A stretch of DNA of 64,000 nucleotides from Bythopirellula sp. (lineage in GTDB: Bacteria; Planctomycetota; Planctomycetia; Pirellulales; Lacipirellulaceae): NCBI GenBank assembly GCA_965216565.1, contig OZ244170.1:1920001-1984000 (forward strand), in the 5' to 3' direction. Under the pieces are notes generated by a model, which was given only the letters and a program-made list of their open reading frames with translations, ran no database searches and had not been told where the DNA came from. Positions 1 to 9,295 of the stretch are shown in pieces. A program made the position numbers and the translations under genes. Every line of letters starts with the position of its first letter. The stretch's first letter is position 1.

Positions 1-313
1 CACCATCGCTTTCGGCCAATTCACGGCTGATGAGCTGGCGTTCGACTAGAAACTGCCGGTCAACATCAGGCAATTTGCCTACATTGACGTACAACGATTC
101 ACCGGAGACTTTGTCCGTAGATTGCAGCTCTTCGATGCGGCCATGAATGATCTTTTCGATCTCGGCCCGATCACTCTCGGTCGTCCGCGAGATAAACGGA
201 AAATCGGCAAGATTACGGGCTAAGCGAATACGGCTGCTGATGACGATGTCGGACTCTGGTCCCGAGCCCTTCAGCCACTCGCCGCTAGTATTGGCTAGAT
301 CGTCAAGATGCAT
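1..313 (-). CDS. mcsB: Protein arginine kinase McsB, N-terminal part (runs off the left edge)
   Basis: Manual translation from ATG 313: MHLDDLANTSGEWLKGSGPESDIVISSRIRLARNLADFPF. SSRIRLARN is the ATP:guanido phosphotransferase/McsB signature, and the gene lies directly downstream of mcsA. Absent from the ORF track because it is incomplete. Confidence 0.93.
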   Translation of the reverse strand, partial: MHLDDLANTSGEWLKGSGPESDIVISSRIRLARNLADFPFISRTTESDRAEIEKIIHGRIEELQSTDKVSGESLYVNVGKLPDVDRQFLVERQLISRELAESDG

Positions 314-328
314 GTGAAAGTCCAAGCT

Positions 329-889
329 TCAAGATTCCGTTGTCTCATCGGATGGTCCAGCAGAATCATCCGATTCTACATGACTGCCTGCCTCAATCTC
401 GCGAATCTGATCTCGCAACTCGGAGGCTTTTTCGTAATTCTCCGAAGCAACTGCCTCTTTCATTTCGCGTCGCAATCGGATGAGCTGCGTTTGCTGATCG
501 GCTCCTTGCGGACAACGCCGCGGGACTTTACCGATATGTCGCGTTTCGTCGTGGATGTTCATCAGGAGCGGTTCAAGTTGTTCCTGAAAAAACTGATAGT
601 CGTGCGCACACCCCAATCGCCCCAGCTTTCGGAACTCCAAATATGTGATTCCACACACCGGACAGGCGCGCTGGTCGAGCCTGGCAAGTTGGTCAGCTGT
701 TTCGCCAACCGCTAAGTGTTGAGCCAACAAGCCAGCCATGGCGGGAAGCACCTCGGCCGTCTCTTCTTGGCTCGGCGTGAGGAACGACTGAGCGCACTCC
801 TCACACAGATGCAGCTCGTTGGGCTTGCCGTCGATAAGGTCAGTGATATGAAAGGTCGCCTGCCGATCGCATTTTTGGCATTTCATCAT
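329..889 (-). CDS. mcsA: McsA, protein-arginine kinase activator (CxxC motifs + UVR domain)
   Basis: CQKC, CEEC and CPVC zinc motifs, GRLGCAHDY, HIGKVP, C-terminal UVR motif ENYEKASELRDQI; adjacent to mcsB. Confidence 0.93.
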   Translation of the reverse strand: MMKCQKCDRQATFHITDLIDGKPNELHLCEECAQSFLTPSQEETAEVLPAMAGLLAQHLAVGETADQLARLDQRACPVCGITYLEFRKLGRLGCAHDYQFFQEQLEPLLMNIHDETRHIGKVPRRCPQGADQQTQLIRLRREMKEAVASENYEKASELRDQIREIEAGSHVESDDSAGPSDETTES

Positions 890-977
890 GTCACCTGAGC
901 AAGCGGTTGTTGAAGCGCAGAATGAACATCAATCCTGCACAATGTGTCACTTCGACGAGTACGAAATGGCTACGGGG

Positions 978-1005
978 ATTCTAACTAGGGTCACCCGGGT
1001 GTCAA
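978..1005 (-). promoter_or_regulatory. Sigma70-type promoter for mcsAB
   Basis: Minus strand TTGACA-16 nt-TAGAAT about 90 bp upstream of mcsA. Confidence 0.65.
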
Positions 1006-1155
1006 GGCGGACGCAGCACGCGCTAACCACTTGCCAGAAAACAAGATGCCACCTGCAGGGTGGGCCCGCAAACGAGCGTTGTGAAGGGCATAGCTCGCTG
1101 CTAAGCTGGCAACTTGTTGCGACCTAGCACAACTTCCACCAATTTGCAGATAAGC

Positions 1156-2700
1156 ATGGCCGTAGCCCCCAGTATCGATCGATTCTCGAAATTGGCCCAA
1201 GATGCTGACTTCGTACCCGTTTATAGACGGCTGGTGAGCGACGCTCTGACTCCTGTACAAGCCTTCAAGCGTATCGACCACTCTCAGGCGGCTTGTCTGT
1301 TCGAAAGCGTCATCGGCGGCGAGAAAGTAGGTCGCTACAGCTTTCTCGCCAGCGATCCCTTCCTAACGATCGAAGCCCGCGGTAATCAAGTTACTGTCTC
1401 CCGAGTCAGCGATCAGCCTGAAAAAACGGCAACTGATGGAAACATCGAATGGGACATCAAAGAGATTCGCTCAGAAAATCCTTTAGAAGTGCTCCGCGAT
1501 AGTGTCCAAGAGATGAAGGTTGCTGACGTCGAAGAATTGCCACCGTTTATCGGTGGAGCAATTGGCTATGCAGGATACGATACCGTGCGCTATGTCGAAC
1601 GGTTGCCCGATGCCCCAGAAGACGATCGCAAACTACCCGATCTGTGGTTCGCCCTCTACGACCATATGATTGTCTTCGATCACGTACAGAAAACCGTCAT
1701 TGTGCTTACGTTGGCCGACGTCCACGACAAGTCGGAAAAAGCATTGAGCCAGTCTTTCAGCGAAGCCACTGCCCGGGTCAATGCAATTGTCGATCAGCTC
1801 GATCAACCTTCGGGAGACTTACGGCTAGCCGATGTAGACATCAGTGGCGATCTCTCTCTCAATTACGATTCCAACCTTTCGCAAAACCAGTTTGAAGCAT
1901 CTGTCCGAAAGTGTGTGGAATATATCCGCGCTGGCGACATCTTTCAGGTCGTGATCAGCCAGCGCCTGGAAACTGAATTACAGGTCCCACCTTTTGAGCT
2001 CTACCGCACCCTGCGGGTTGTGAACCCCAGCCCCTTTATGTTCTATCTCCGCACACCAGAGACCACGTTGGTGGGTAGTTCGCCAGAAGTGATGGTCCGC
2101 GTGATCGATCGGACAGTCACCGTCCGTCCCTTGGCGGGGACGCGTCCGCGTGGAGAAACTGAGGCCGAAGACGAACAACTTGCCGAAGAATTGTTGGATG
2201 ATCCCAAAGAACGTGCTGAGCACGTGATGCTGGTCGATCTGGGTCGCAATGATGTTGGCCGCGTGGCGGAGTATGGAACAGTAGAGATCTCCGACGTGAT
2301 GGTGATCGAACGCTACAGCCACGTGATGCATATCACTTCGAACGTCAACGGCGAACTGCGCGAGGGCTGCGATTCCTTCGATGCACTGGCTGCCTGCTTA
2401 CCGGCAGGCACGGTTTCGGGCGCTCCCAAGGTCCGTGCGATGGAGATCATCGACGAACTGGAACCAAACCGTCGGGGCCCATACGCGGGAGCGGTCGGCT
2501 ACATCGACTTCGCCGGCAATATGGAGACTTGTATTGCCCTGAGGACGGTCGTAGTCCAGGACGGCACCGCCTATGTTCAGGCAGGAGCGGGCATTGTGGC
2601 CGACAGCGTGCCGGAAACGGAGTATCAGGAAACCCTCAACAAAGCACGTGGGCTGCTTAAGAGCATTGAAATCACGCAAAAGCGGATTGCGGGGAGCTAG
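1156..2700 (+). CDS. trpE: Anthranilate synthase component I
   Basis: LFESVIGGEKVGRYS, NPSPFMFY, PLAGTRPRG, KERAEHVMLVDLGRND, PAGTVSGAPK, QAGAGIVADS; ATG 1156 preferred over TTG 1114. Confidence 0.95.
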   Translation: MAVAPSIDRFSKLAQDADFVPVYRRLVSDALTPVQAFKRIDHSQAACLFESVIGGEKVGRYSFLASDPFLTIEARGNQVTVSRVSDQPEKTATDGNIEWDIKEIRSENPLEVLRDSVQEMKVADVEELPPFIGGAIGYAGYDTVRYVERLPDAPEDDRKLPDLWFALYDHMIVFDHVQKTVIVLTLADVHDKSEKALSQSFSEATARVNAIVDQLDQPSGDLRLADVDISGDLSLNYDSNLSQNQFEASVRKCVEYIRAGDIFQVVISQRLETELQVPPFELYRTLRVVNPSPFMFYLRTPETTLVGSSPEVMVRVIDRTVTVRPLAGTRPRGETEAEDEQLAEELLDDPKERAEHVMLVDLGRNDVGRVAEYGTVEISDVMVIERYSHVMHITSNVNGELREGCDSFDALAACLPAGTVSGAPKVRAMEIIDELEPNRRGPYAGAVGYIDFAGNMETCIALRTVVVQDGTAYVQAGAGIVADSVPETEYQETLNKARGLLKSIEITQKRIAGS

Positions 2701-2772
2701 CGGACTGGTGAAAATCGAACGTCGCTCAGGCACTTCATTCATTCCCAGCCCCCGAGTTCGCATTTCAGAAAC

Positions 2773-3324
2773 ATGAGCTCACTTGCCGGAAAACTTCTCG
2801 TTGCTTCCCCTCAATTGCAGGACCCCAATTTTGCGCAGACTGTCGTGTTGATGATTCAACACGAAGAGCAGGGGGCGCTGGGAGTCGTGCTGAATCGTCC
2901 CGGAGAAAAAACGGTTGACGAGGTCTGGGAAATTGTTGGCAAAGATCCCTTCGGCTGCGGCAAGCTGGTTCATGTGGGAGGCCCTGTCCCAGGCCCCCTG
3001 CTGGCCCTGCACACGGAAGAAGAACTTTCCGATCAGCAAGTTTTTCCTGGGTTGTACGTCACTGCGCAGGCATCTGCTTTCGACGAACTCTTGCAGCAGC
3101 CGGAAGATTCATTTCGTATTTACAGCGGCCACGCTGGCTGGGGTGCGGGGCAGTTAGAAGGCGAATTGAAAATCAGCGGCTGGCTCACCTCCGACGCTTC
3201 CGTTGAAGACGTATTTTCCGATGACGAAACCTTGTGGCGACAGGTCACCAGCCGAATTGGCATTAGCATTCTGGCACCGGGGCTGCGGAAAGACCAAATT
3301 CCTGACGATCCATCTCTGAATTAG
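2773..3324 (+). CDS. YqgE/AlgH (UPF0301) family protein
   Basis: GKLLVASPQLQDPNF, GALGVVLNRP, GGPV, GHAGWGAGQLEGEL motifs. Confidence 0.9.
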   Translation: MSSLAGKLLVASPQLQDPNFAQTVVLMIQHEEQGALGVVLNRPGEKTVDEVWEIVGKDPFGCGKLVHVGGPVPGPLLALHTEEELSDQQVFPGLYVTAQASAFDELLQQPEDSFRIYSGHAGWGAGQLEGELKISGWLTSDASVEDVFSDDETLWRQVTSRIGISILAPGLRKDQIPDDPSLN

Positions 3325-3327
3325 CTG

Positions 3328-3349
3328 GGGTCCTCTGGGCTCTTTTTTT
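3328..3349 (+). terminator. Possible weak intrinsic terminator after trpE-yqgE
   Basis: GGGTCC-TCT-GGGCTC stem with G.U pairs, followed by T7, just after the stop codon. Confidence 0.35.
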
Positions 3350-3370
3350 CATCCACCGCTCAGCGCGTTC

Positions 3371-4150
3371 CTACCGCAACTGGCTTGTCTTTTGGGCGAA
3401 AAACACCTTGCGGTGATTTGTGGCGAGCGGCTTGTCCGAGAGCACCGGTGGAAACAAGACATGCTCTTCTACCAGCTCCGGCGGAAAGCTATTTGCCTCG
3501 ACAACGGTAACTGTAAATCCCTGGTCTTTGACAATCTTGGCAAAGTCCTCGCCGTAGATTCGTAAATGATCTACCTGACCAAACGCTGCCTCTCTCCCCG
3601 CGGGTGAAGTAATCGTTGGGTCCTCACGCTTGGTGGGCATGCCGTCGACCTGCGGGACGGTGAGAATCGCCCAACCGCCATCCGCCAACACGCGATGCAA
3701 TTCCTGCAAGGCCACCGCGTCGTCGGGAACGTGCTCCAGGACATCGCAAGCAATTACTAAGTCGAAAGACGCGTCGGAAATTGTGTGCATGTTGCACATG
3801 TCTAACTGCAGATCCAGGGAACGCTTCTTTACGAAGTCGGCCGTCACATAATGGGCGGCTCTCCTACGCAGATGCCGAGGAAAGAACCGCTCTGGCGCAA
3901 AATGAAGGACTCGCTTTCCGGCAACGAGTTGTTCAAAACCGAGCTGAGCGTGCGTACCTAATGTAGCAAAGAGCAACCGATGTCGAACCTGCGAACCGCA
4001 TCGGGCACAAATTGTATGCGGGTGCCAAGAATCGCTAAGAAACGACCGCCCCCGCCACCCGCAGACGTTGCAGCTCACCCGGATGGGAAATTTGTGCGCG
4101 ATTAGCCGCAGTGTTCGATCGACTTCTCGCAAGACATTCTTCAACAGCAT
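3371..4150 (-). CDS. Class I SAM-dependent methyltransferase (type 11-like) with N-terminal Cys motifs
   Basis: CNVC...CARC, VLHFAPE, FDLVIACDVLEHVPDD, FGQVDHLRIYG. Confidence 0.85.
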   Translation of the reverse strand: MLLKNVLREVDRTLRLIAHKFPIRVSCNVCGWRGRSFLSDSWHPHTICARCGSQVRHRLLFATLGTHAQLGFEQLVAGKRVLHFAPERFFPRHLRRRAAHYVTADFVKKRSLDLQLDMCNMHTISDASFDLVIACDVLEHVPDDAVALQELHRVLADGGWAILTVPQVDGMPTKREDPTITSPAGREAAFGQVDHLRIYGEDFAKIVKDQGFTVTVVEANSFPPELVEEHVLFPPVLSDKPLATNHRKVFFAQKTSQLR

Positions 4151-4196
4151 TTCGGTGAAACTCCAAGAAGCAACTCAACAGGAATACAGAAAGCAA

Positions 4197-5126
4197 CTAT
4201 TCCTTGGATTCAGCAGAAATGTCGGGGATGACGAACAACATGTAGGAGCGAAATGGCTCTTGAAGAGTCTCGGGAAACGTCTTCGTGATGACCTGCGGAA
4301 AATCGATGTACTGCTTGGCTGATTTCATGTTAAGCAAAATCGCCTGACCATTTGGCTTGAGAAGTTGTGGGAGCATCGCCAGGAATTTCTTTAGAATCGT
4401 TCCATCATCCCCGTCGTGAAAATTTTCGCCCCGAAACTCATTGTGGTCCGTGTCTTCCTGGATGAATGGCATGTTCCACAGGACAAAATCGAAGTCCTTG
4501 AAGTCCTCCGGCAATTCGACCGTTTGAATATCGCCTACGACGGCTTTGATCTGGAAATTGGCCAGCCGAGCTGTTGTCTTGGCGTTAATCACCGCGAGAG
4601 GGTTGATCTCCACGACATAAACTAGGCTCTGTGACTTCAGCGATGCCATCCAGGCATCCGCCCCCGATCCCGTGCCGATGACCAAAACCTTATCGCCGGG
4701 CTGGATATCGCTGGCCAGTATCTCGTCGTAATAGAGTTCGTCTTCTTGCTGCGGTTTATAGACGCTAGGAAAAATTGGGATCGTGATTTCGCTCTTCAGG
4801 TCACGCGTTCTATCAATATATTCTCCCAGATCCTCGTAGCTGCCCACGTCTCCTGTTGACCAACCACCGTCATCGACTCGAAGAAACACCCAATTGCAAT
4901 CCTCAAAGAGTTCCCGAGGAGGCCAGGGAGTTGGCTTTGCGGGAACCTTTTCAGACTTCAAAATCTCGGCGAATACTTCGTCGCCCGGGGGCACTTGGCT
5001 TGGCAGAGTCCAATTATCAGCCAGGTACTCACGACCAATTAGCGAGAGTGTCAACAGACTAACCCCCAAAACGGCTCCGACCGCTAAGGTAGCTAGAGTT
5101 CTTACTGTGAGGCTTGGCTCGGACAT
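4197..5126 (-). CDS. Membrane-anchored SAM-dependent methyltransferase (HemK/MTS-like)
   Basis: N-terminal hydrophobic helix; VLVIGTGSG motif I, VEINP motif II, WNMPF (NPPY-like) motif IV. Confidence 0.8.
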   Translation of the reverse strand: MSEPSLTVRTLATLAVGAVLGVSLLTLSLIGREYLADNWTLPSQVPPGDEVFAEILKSEKVPAKPTPWPPRELFEDCNWVFLRVDDGGWSTGDVGSYEDLGEYIDRTRDLKSEITIPIFPSVYKPQQEDELYYDEILASDIQPGDKVLVIGTGSGADAWMASLKSQSLVYVVEINPLAVINAKTTARLANFQIKAVVGDIQTVELPEDFKDFDFVLWNMPFIQEDTDHNEFRGENFHDGDDGTILKKFLAMLPQLLKPNGQAILLNMKSAKQYIDFPQVITKTFPETLQEPFRSYMLFVIPDISAESKE

Positions 5127-5278
5127 CGATCTATTTTTCTAATTGAACAATTTGAGAAAAGTGGAAGGAGCAAACAGCTGATAGCGGGTTTGCCAATAGT
5201 CTTTCTGGCAGAACTGTGCGACGCGATAATCCTGAGTCAGGTCTGCGGGCAAGAGATAATTATAACTCAGACTCCGGG

Positions 5279-6205
5279 CTACGTTTGCAATTTACCGGCA
5301 GGGGTTTCGGCCCTCAGCTCCGCGAGCATCTCCAAGGTTGCCGCTTCGACCGCGCCTTGCCAATTCTTTTCCCCGAAGCGGTCTTTGTACTCGTCCCGTC
5401 GATGGGCAAAGATTATTCCCCGAGAATTGTTGACGATGGCACCTAAGCCGCGTCCGTCGAATCCTCCCGCCACGTCTTGGGCGGTTCCTCCCTGGCTTCC
5501 GAATCCGGGAACGAGGAACCACGACTGGGGCATAGCTCGCCGCAATTCCACCAACTGTTCGGGGTAAGTCGCTCCCACCACACTTCCCACCACTCCATAG
5601 CCGCACTGGCCGATGGTGGCTTCGCACTGTTGCTGGACGAAACTGGCCACTTGTCTGTAGAGCGGTTCGCTATCGACTACCTGGTCCTGCAACATGCCAC
5701 TGCCCGGGTTGGAAGTCTTCACTAGCACAAACAACCCCGCATCTCGCTGCGTTGCTACATCGACAAAAGGCTCGAGAGAATCGGCCCCAAGATAGGGGCT
5801 AATGGTCAGTGCATCGGCCTGCCAGGGGCTCGCCGAATCGCGCCCCAGGTAACCTCGGGCATAAGCCGCTGCTGTAGATCCGATATCATTCCGCTTGCCG
5901 TCCAGAATTACTAAGAGGCCCTGCTGACGGGCATAGTCCATCACTTCCTTGAGCACCGTCATCCCAGCCGGACCACATTCTTCAAAGAAGGCCGCCTGCG
6001 GCTTTACGGCGGGCACCAATGATGCCACTACGTCGATCACCTGCTTGCAGAACGACTCATAGGCGGTCGCCCGCTGCGTTGGGTTGGGGGAACTTTCGTT
6101 CTGCAGAGCCGCGGGCAATTGTTCCCAACGAGGATCAAGCCCTACGACAACCGGGGCAGCCTTACTTTTGACCGCTGTAGCTAATTCATCAAAAAAATGT
6201 GACAA
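5279..6205 (-). CDS. pyrF: Orotidine-5'-phosphate decarboxylase
   Basis: VGLDP, KPQAAFFE, DGKRNDIGST, KTSNPGS, VVGATYP, LVPGFGSQGG. Confidence 0.96.
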   Translation of the reverse strand: MSHFFDELATAVKSKAAPVVVGLDPRWEQLPAALQNESSPNPTQRATAYESFCKQVIDVVASLVPAVKPQAAFFEECGPAGMTVLKEVMDYARQQGLLVILDGKRNDIGSTAAAYARGYLGRDSASPWQADALTISPYLGADSLEPFVDVATQRDAGLFVLVKTSNPGSGMLQDQVVDSEPLYRQVASFVQQQCEATIGQCGYGVVGSVVGATYPEQLVELRRAMPQSWFLVPGFGSQGGTAQDVAGGFDGRGLGAIVNNSRGIIFAHRRDEYKDRFGEKNWQGAVEAATLEMLAELRAETPAGKLQT

Positions 6206-6426
6206 CTGGAATTCTCCAAGAACGACCTACGAAGTAGCAATTCTCATTCGACAAAAGTCTACATCGTTTTGAATAAGTTTATTAGGCCTACACCGTTGGA
6301 CGACGCCAAGAATTATGGCAGAATTGGAAATGCTGGGGGCAGTAAGATTTCTTCGCTTGGCCAGGAGTGCTATTCGCAATCCGGCAAGGGAACCATTGCC
6401 AATTTGGTCTATGTGGAAGGATACCG

Positions 6427-7896
6427 ATGACACGTACCGCCGCAGCATTTGTCTTGTTGACTCTCTCCGTTGTTTTCTATTCTCCTTTGGTCCTGCAGGC
6501 CGAGGGATTGCCGGAGGAGCGCAGCCAAAACTGGCATCGATTTCGTGGTCCAGATGGGACGGGCCACGCTGCCAATGCCAATCCTCCCACGAATTGGGAT
6601 AAATTAACCAACATCAAATGGGATGTTGCCATTCCTGGTCGAGGTAGTGCGTCGCCGATCGTATGGCAGAACAAGGTCTTCCTGCTTTCGGCAATCAAGA
6701 CAGACCGAACCTCGCTAGCTGCAAAAGCCCGGAAGAATTCCAACAAATCAACCATGCGATTTGCCAAGGGATCGGACCTGCCACCTCAGATCCAGTTGGT
6801 TCAGGAGACGCGGCCACCCCGAGAGGAAGGCGAGCGACGACGTCGCCGTCGAGGCGGCTTCTTCGGTTTCGGAGGTGGGGGCCCACCCACGAACGTTCAT
6901 GAGTTCGTTGTGATTTGCCTTGATCGAGAAACGGGCGAGACGCTTTGGCAACGGACCGCATGCGAAGCGATTCCCCACGAAAATCATCATGGCACAGCCA
7001 GCTTTGCCTCGGCATCTCCAGTCACAGACGGCGAGAATCTCTACGTTTCTTTCGGCTCGCGCGGGATTTATTCCTACGACATGAAAGGAAATTTACGTTG
7101 GAAGAAGGACTTGGGTGACATGAGAACCCGCAACAGTTTCGGAGAAGGCGCTTCGCCGGCACTGTTCGGTGATACCTTAGTCATCAATTGGGACCAGGAA
7201 GAACAATCATTCATCGCGGCGCTGGACACAGCAACCGGCGACATCAAATGGCAGGTAGATCGCGATGAAGCGACCTCGTGGTCTTCGCCGTTGGTCCTCG
7301 AACATAGTGGCAAGACGCAGGTTCTCGTAAACGGCAGCAATCGAGTGAGAAGTTATGACCTGGCCACGGGAGATTTGATCTGGGAATGCGGCGGGCAAGC
7401 GATGAACCCTGTCGCCACGCCACTGGTGTATAAAGATTTGGGCATCTTCATGACGGGACGTCGCGGCTTTGCCGTGCAGGCCATTCGACTTGATTCCCAA
7501 GGCGAAGTAACGGATACCGACCAGGTGACCTGGGAACTGGACGAAGGAACGCCTTACGTTCCGTCGCCCGTGCTGATTGGCGACCGACTCTACTTCACCA
7601 AAGGCCTTAACGCGATTCTCACCTGTGTGGATGCAGGCACTGGCGAGGTAATCTATAAGAACCAGCGACTGGAGGGATTAGACACGATCTACTCATCGCT
7701 AGTCGGTGCGGCAGGAAACGTCTACATCTCAGCCCGGAATGGAACGACGCTAGTCATCAAAGATGGCGCAGACTACGAAGTGCTCGCAACCAACGAATTG
7801 GGCGAAACGATCGACGCCACGCCGGCATTGGTGGACGACGAGATCTTCATCCGAACTGAACAGCGTCTGTACTGCATTGCGAACGAAAAGAAGTAG
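6427..7896 (+). CDS. Secreted PQQ-like beta-propeller (BamB-like) protein
   Basis: Signal peptide from ATG 6427; WHRFRGPDGTG, repeated W..ASP/SSP/TP blades; family expanded in planctomycetes. Confidence 0.88.
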   Translation: MTRTAAAFVLLTLSVVFYSPLVLQAEGLPEERSQNWHRFRGPDGTGHAANANPPTNWDKLTNIKWDVAIPGRGSASPIVWQNKVFLLSAIKTDRTSLAAKARKNSNKSTMRFAKGSDLPPQIQLVQETRPPREEGERRRRRRGGFFGFGGGGPPTNVHEFVVICLDRETGETLWQRTACEAIPHENHHGTASFASASPVTDGENLYVSFGSRGIYSYDMKGNLRWKKDLGDMRTRNSFGEGASPALFGDTLVINWDQEEQSFIAALDTATGDIKWQVDRDEATSWSSPLVLEHSGKTQVLVNGSNRVRSYDLATGDLIWECGGQAMNPVATPLVYKDLGIFMTGRRGFAVQAIRLDSQGEVTDTDQVTWELDEGTPYVPSPVLIGDRLYFTKGLNAILTCVDAGTGEVIYKNQRLEGLDTIYSSLVGAAGNVYISARNGTTLVIKDGADYEVLATNELGETIDATPALVDDEIFIRTEQRLYCIANEKK

Positions 7897-8130
7897 TACG
7901 TTATAGCACGTAATAATTCGTCATAGGGGTCGCGCGAGCATCGAATTGGATTGGTTGTCCATCCTTGCCAGATCCTGATCCATAATTGCTAGAATTTGCA
8001 TTCGCAGCATGAATCGCTGTTTCCAGGCTGAAACTGCCCTCCCGCACCTTCGCAGGGTCTACTAGAATCTCCGCAGTTCTCCGACTTTTGTGCTGTTGCT
8101 GATCCTAAAACCAACCTTGGAGTCTCTACG

Positions 8131-8250
8131 ATGATTACTCTCCTGGCTCACCTGGCCCTTTCCGATGTCGCTATTGCTCTACTCATTTTTGCTCTCGGAG
8201 CTGGCAGTGGCTTTGCCGCGGCAAGTTTGAGAGCTCTAAAATCAAAGTAG
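8131..8250 (+). CDS. Putative 39-aa small membrane protein (below the ORF-track cut-off)
   Basis: GGAG 8 nt upstream of ATG; MITLLAHLALSDVAIALLIFALGAGSGFAAASLRALKSK has one hydrophobic helix and a basic tail; ends 17 bp before the next gene. Confidence 0.55.
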   Translation: MITLLAHLALSDVAIALLIFALGAGSGFAAASLRALKSK

Positions 8251-8267
8251 ATTGACGGCAGCAATAA

Positions 8268-9236
8268 ATGAACGCCTCCCCGCCTCGCATTGTGGTGCTC
8301 GATGGTTTCACGCTCAATCCTGGCGATTTGAGCTGGAAACTCTTGGAAGACCTTGGCGAGTGTGATATCTACGATCGCACCGATCCCAGCCAAACGGAGC
8401 AACGCTTAGCCGAAGCTGAGGTCGTTCTCACTAATAAGGTGGTGCTAAATAGCGATTTAATCGCAACACTGCCCAAGCTGAAGTACATTGGCGTATTGGC
8501 CACTGGCTACAACGTAGTTGATATCGACGCTGCCCAGCGACGAGACATAACTGTCGCCAATGTCCCCAGCTACAGCACGCCCTCGGTGGCCCAGACGGTT
8601 TTTGCGCACATCCTCAACCTCTTGCAACCCGTGGCAAGCCATGCGGCGGCCGTGAATTCCGGTCGCTGGACGTCATGCCCCGACTTCAGTTTCTGGGATT
8701 CGACTCTTACGGAGTTGGAGGGGCTGACTCTCGGCATCGTCGGTCTTGGTCAAATTGGCCAAGCCGTAGCCAGAATTGCCGACGCCTTTGGGATGATTGT
8801 GCTTGCCGTGGTCCCCTCGCCGCGACCTACAGCAGACTATGTGAAACTCGTCGAGCTGGATCAATTATTCAAGCAAAGTGATGTTATTAGTCTGCACTGC
8901 CCGCTCACTCCGGAAACCGAGGGACTGGTCGACGAGGCGCGTCTTCATCTCATGAAGCAAGATGCCCTACTCATCAATACCAGTCGCGGGCCACTAGTCG
9001 ACGAGTCAGCGTTGGCCGCGGCTCTCAACTCCGGGGCGATTGCCGGAGCGGGGCTCGATGTGCTCTCCACAGAACCGCCTTCCGCAGATAACCCATTGCT
9101 ATCCGCCAAAAACTGCCACATCACGCCCCATTTCGCTTGGGCCACGAAGGCGTCTCGCTCTCGGCTGATGGATACCGCCGTTGCGAATGTGGCATCCTAT
9201 CTAGGTGGTCGACCGCAGAATGTTGTCACCAAGTGA
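8268..9236 (+). CDS. D-2-hydroxyacid dehydrogenase (glycerate dehydrogenase/hydroxypyruvate reductase-like)
   Basis: LNPGDLSW, GLGQIG Rossmann motif, SLHCPLT, INTSRG, GLDVLSTEPP, ITPH. Confidence 0.93.
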   Translation: MNASPPRIVVLDGFTLNPGDLSWKLLEDLGECDIYDRTDPSQTEQRLAEAEVVLTNKVVLNSDLIATLPKLKYIGVLATGYNVVDIDAAQRRDITVANVPSYSTPSVAQTVFAHILNLLQPVASHAAAVNSGRWTSCPDFSFWDSTLTELEGLTLGIVGLGQIGQAVARIADAFGMIVLAVVPSPRPTADYVKLVELDQLFKQSDVISLHCPLTPETEGLVDEARLHLMKQDALLINTSRGPLVDESALAAALNSGAIAGAGLDVLSTEPPSADNPLLSAKNCHITPHFAWATKASRSRLMDTAVANVASYLGGRPQNVVTK

Positions 9237-9295
9237 TGTTCGAAAAGAGCTCTGATTAGCTCCCAACTTTGCAAAGCTTAGAGATTTCGCGTCTA

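Noticed and set aside
890..1155. trp attenuator/leader peptide before trpE
   Set aside because: No Trp-rich leader ORF, terminator or T-box is recognisable
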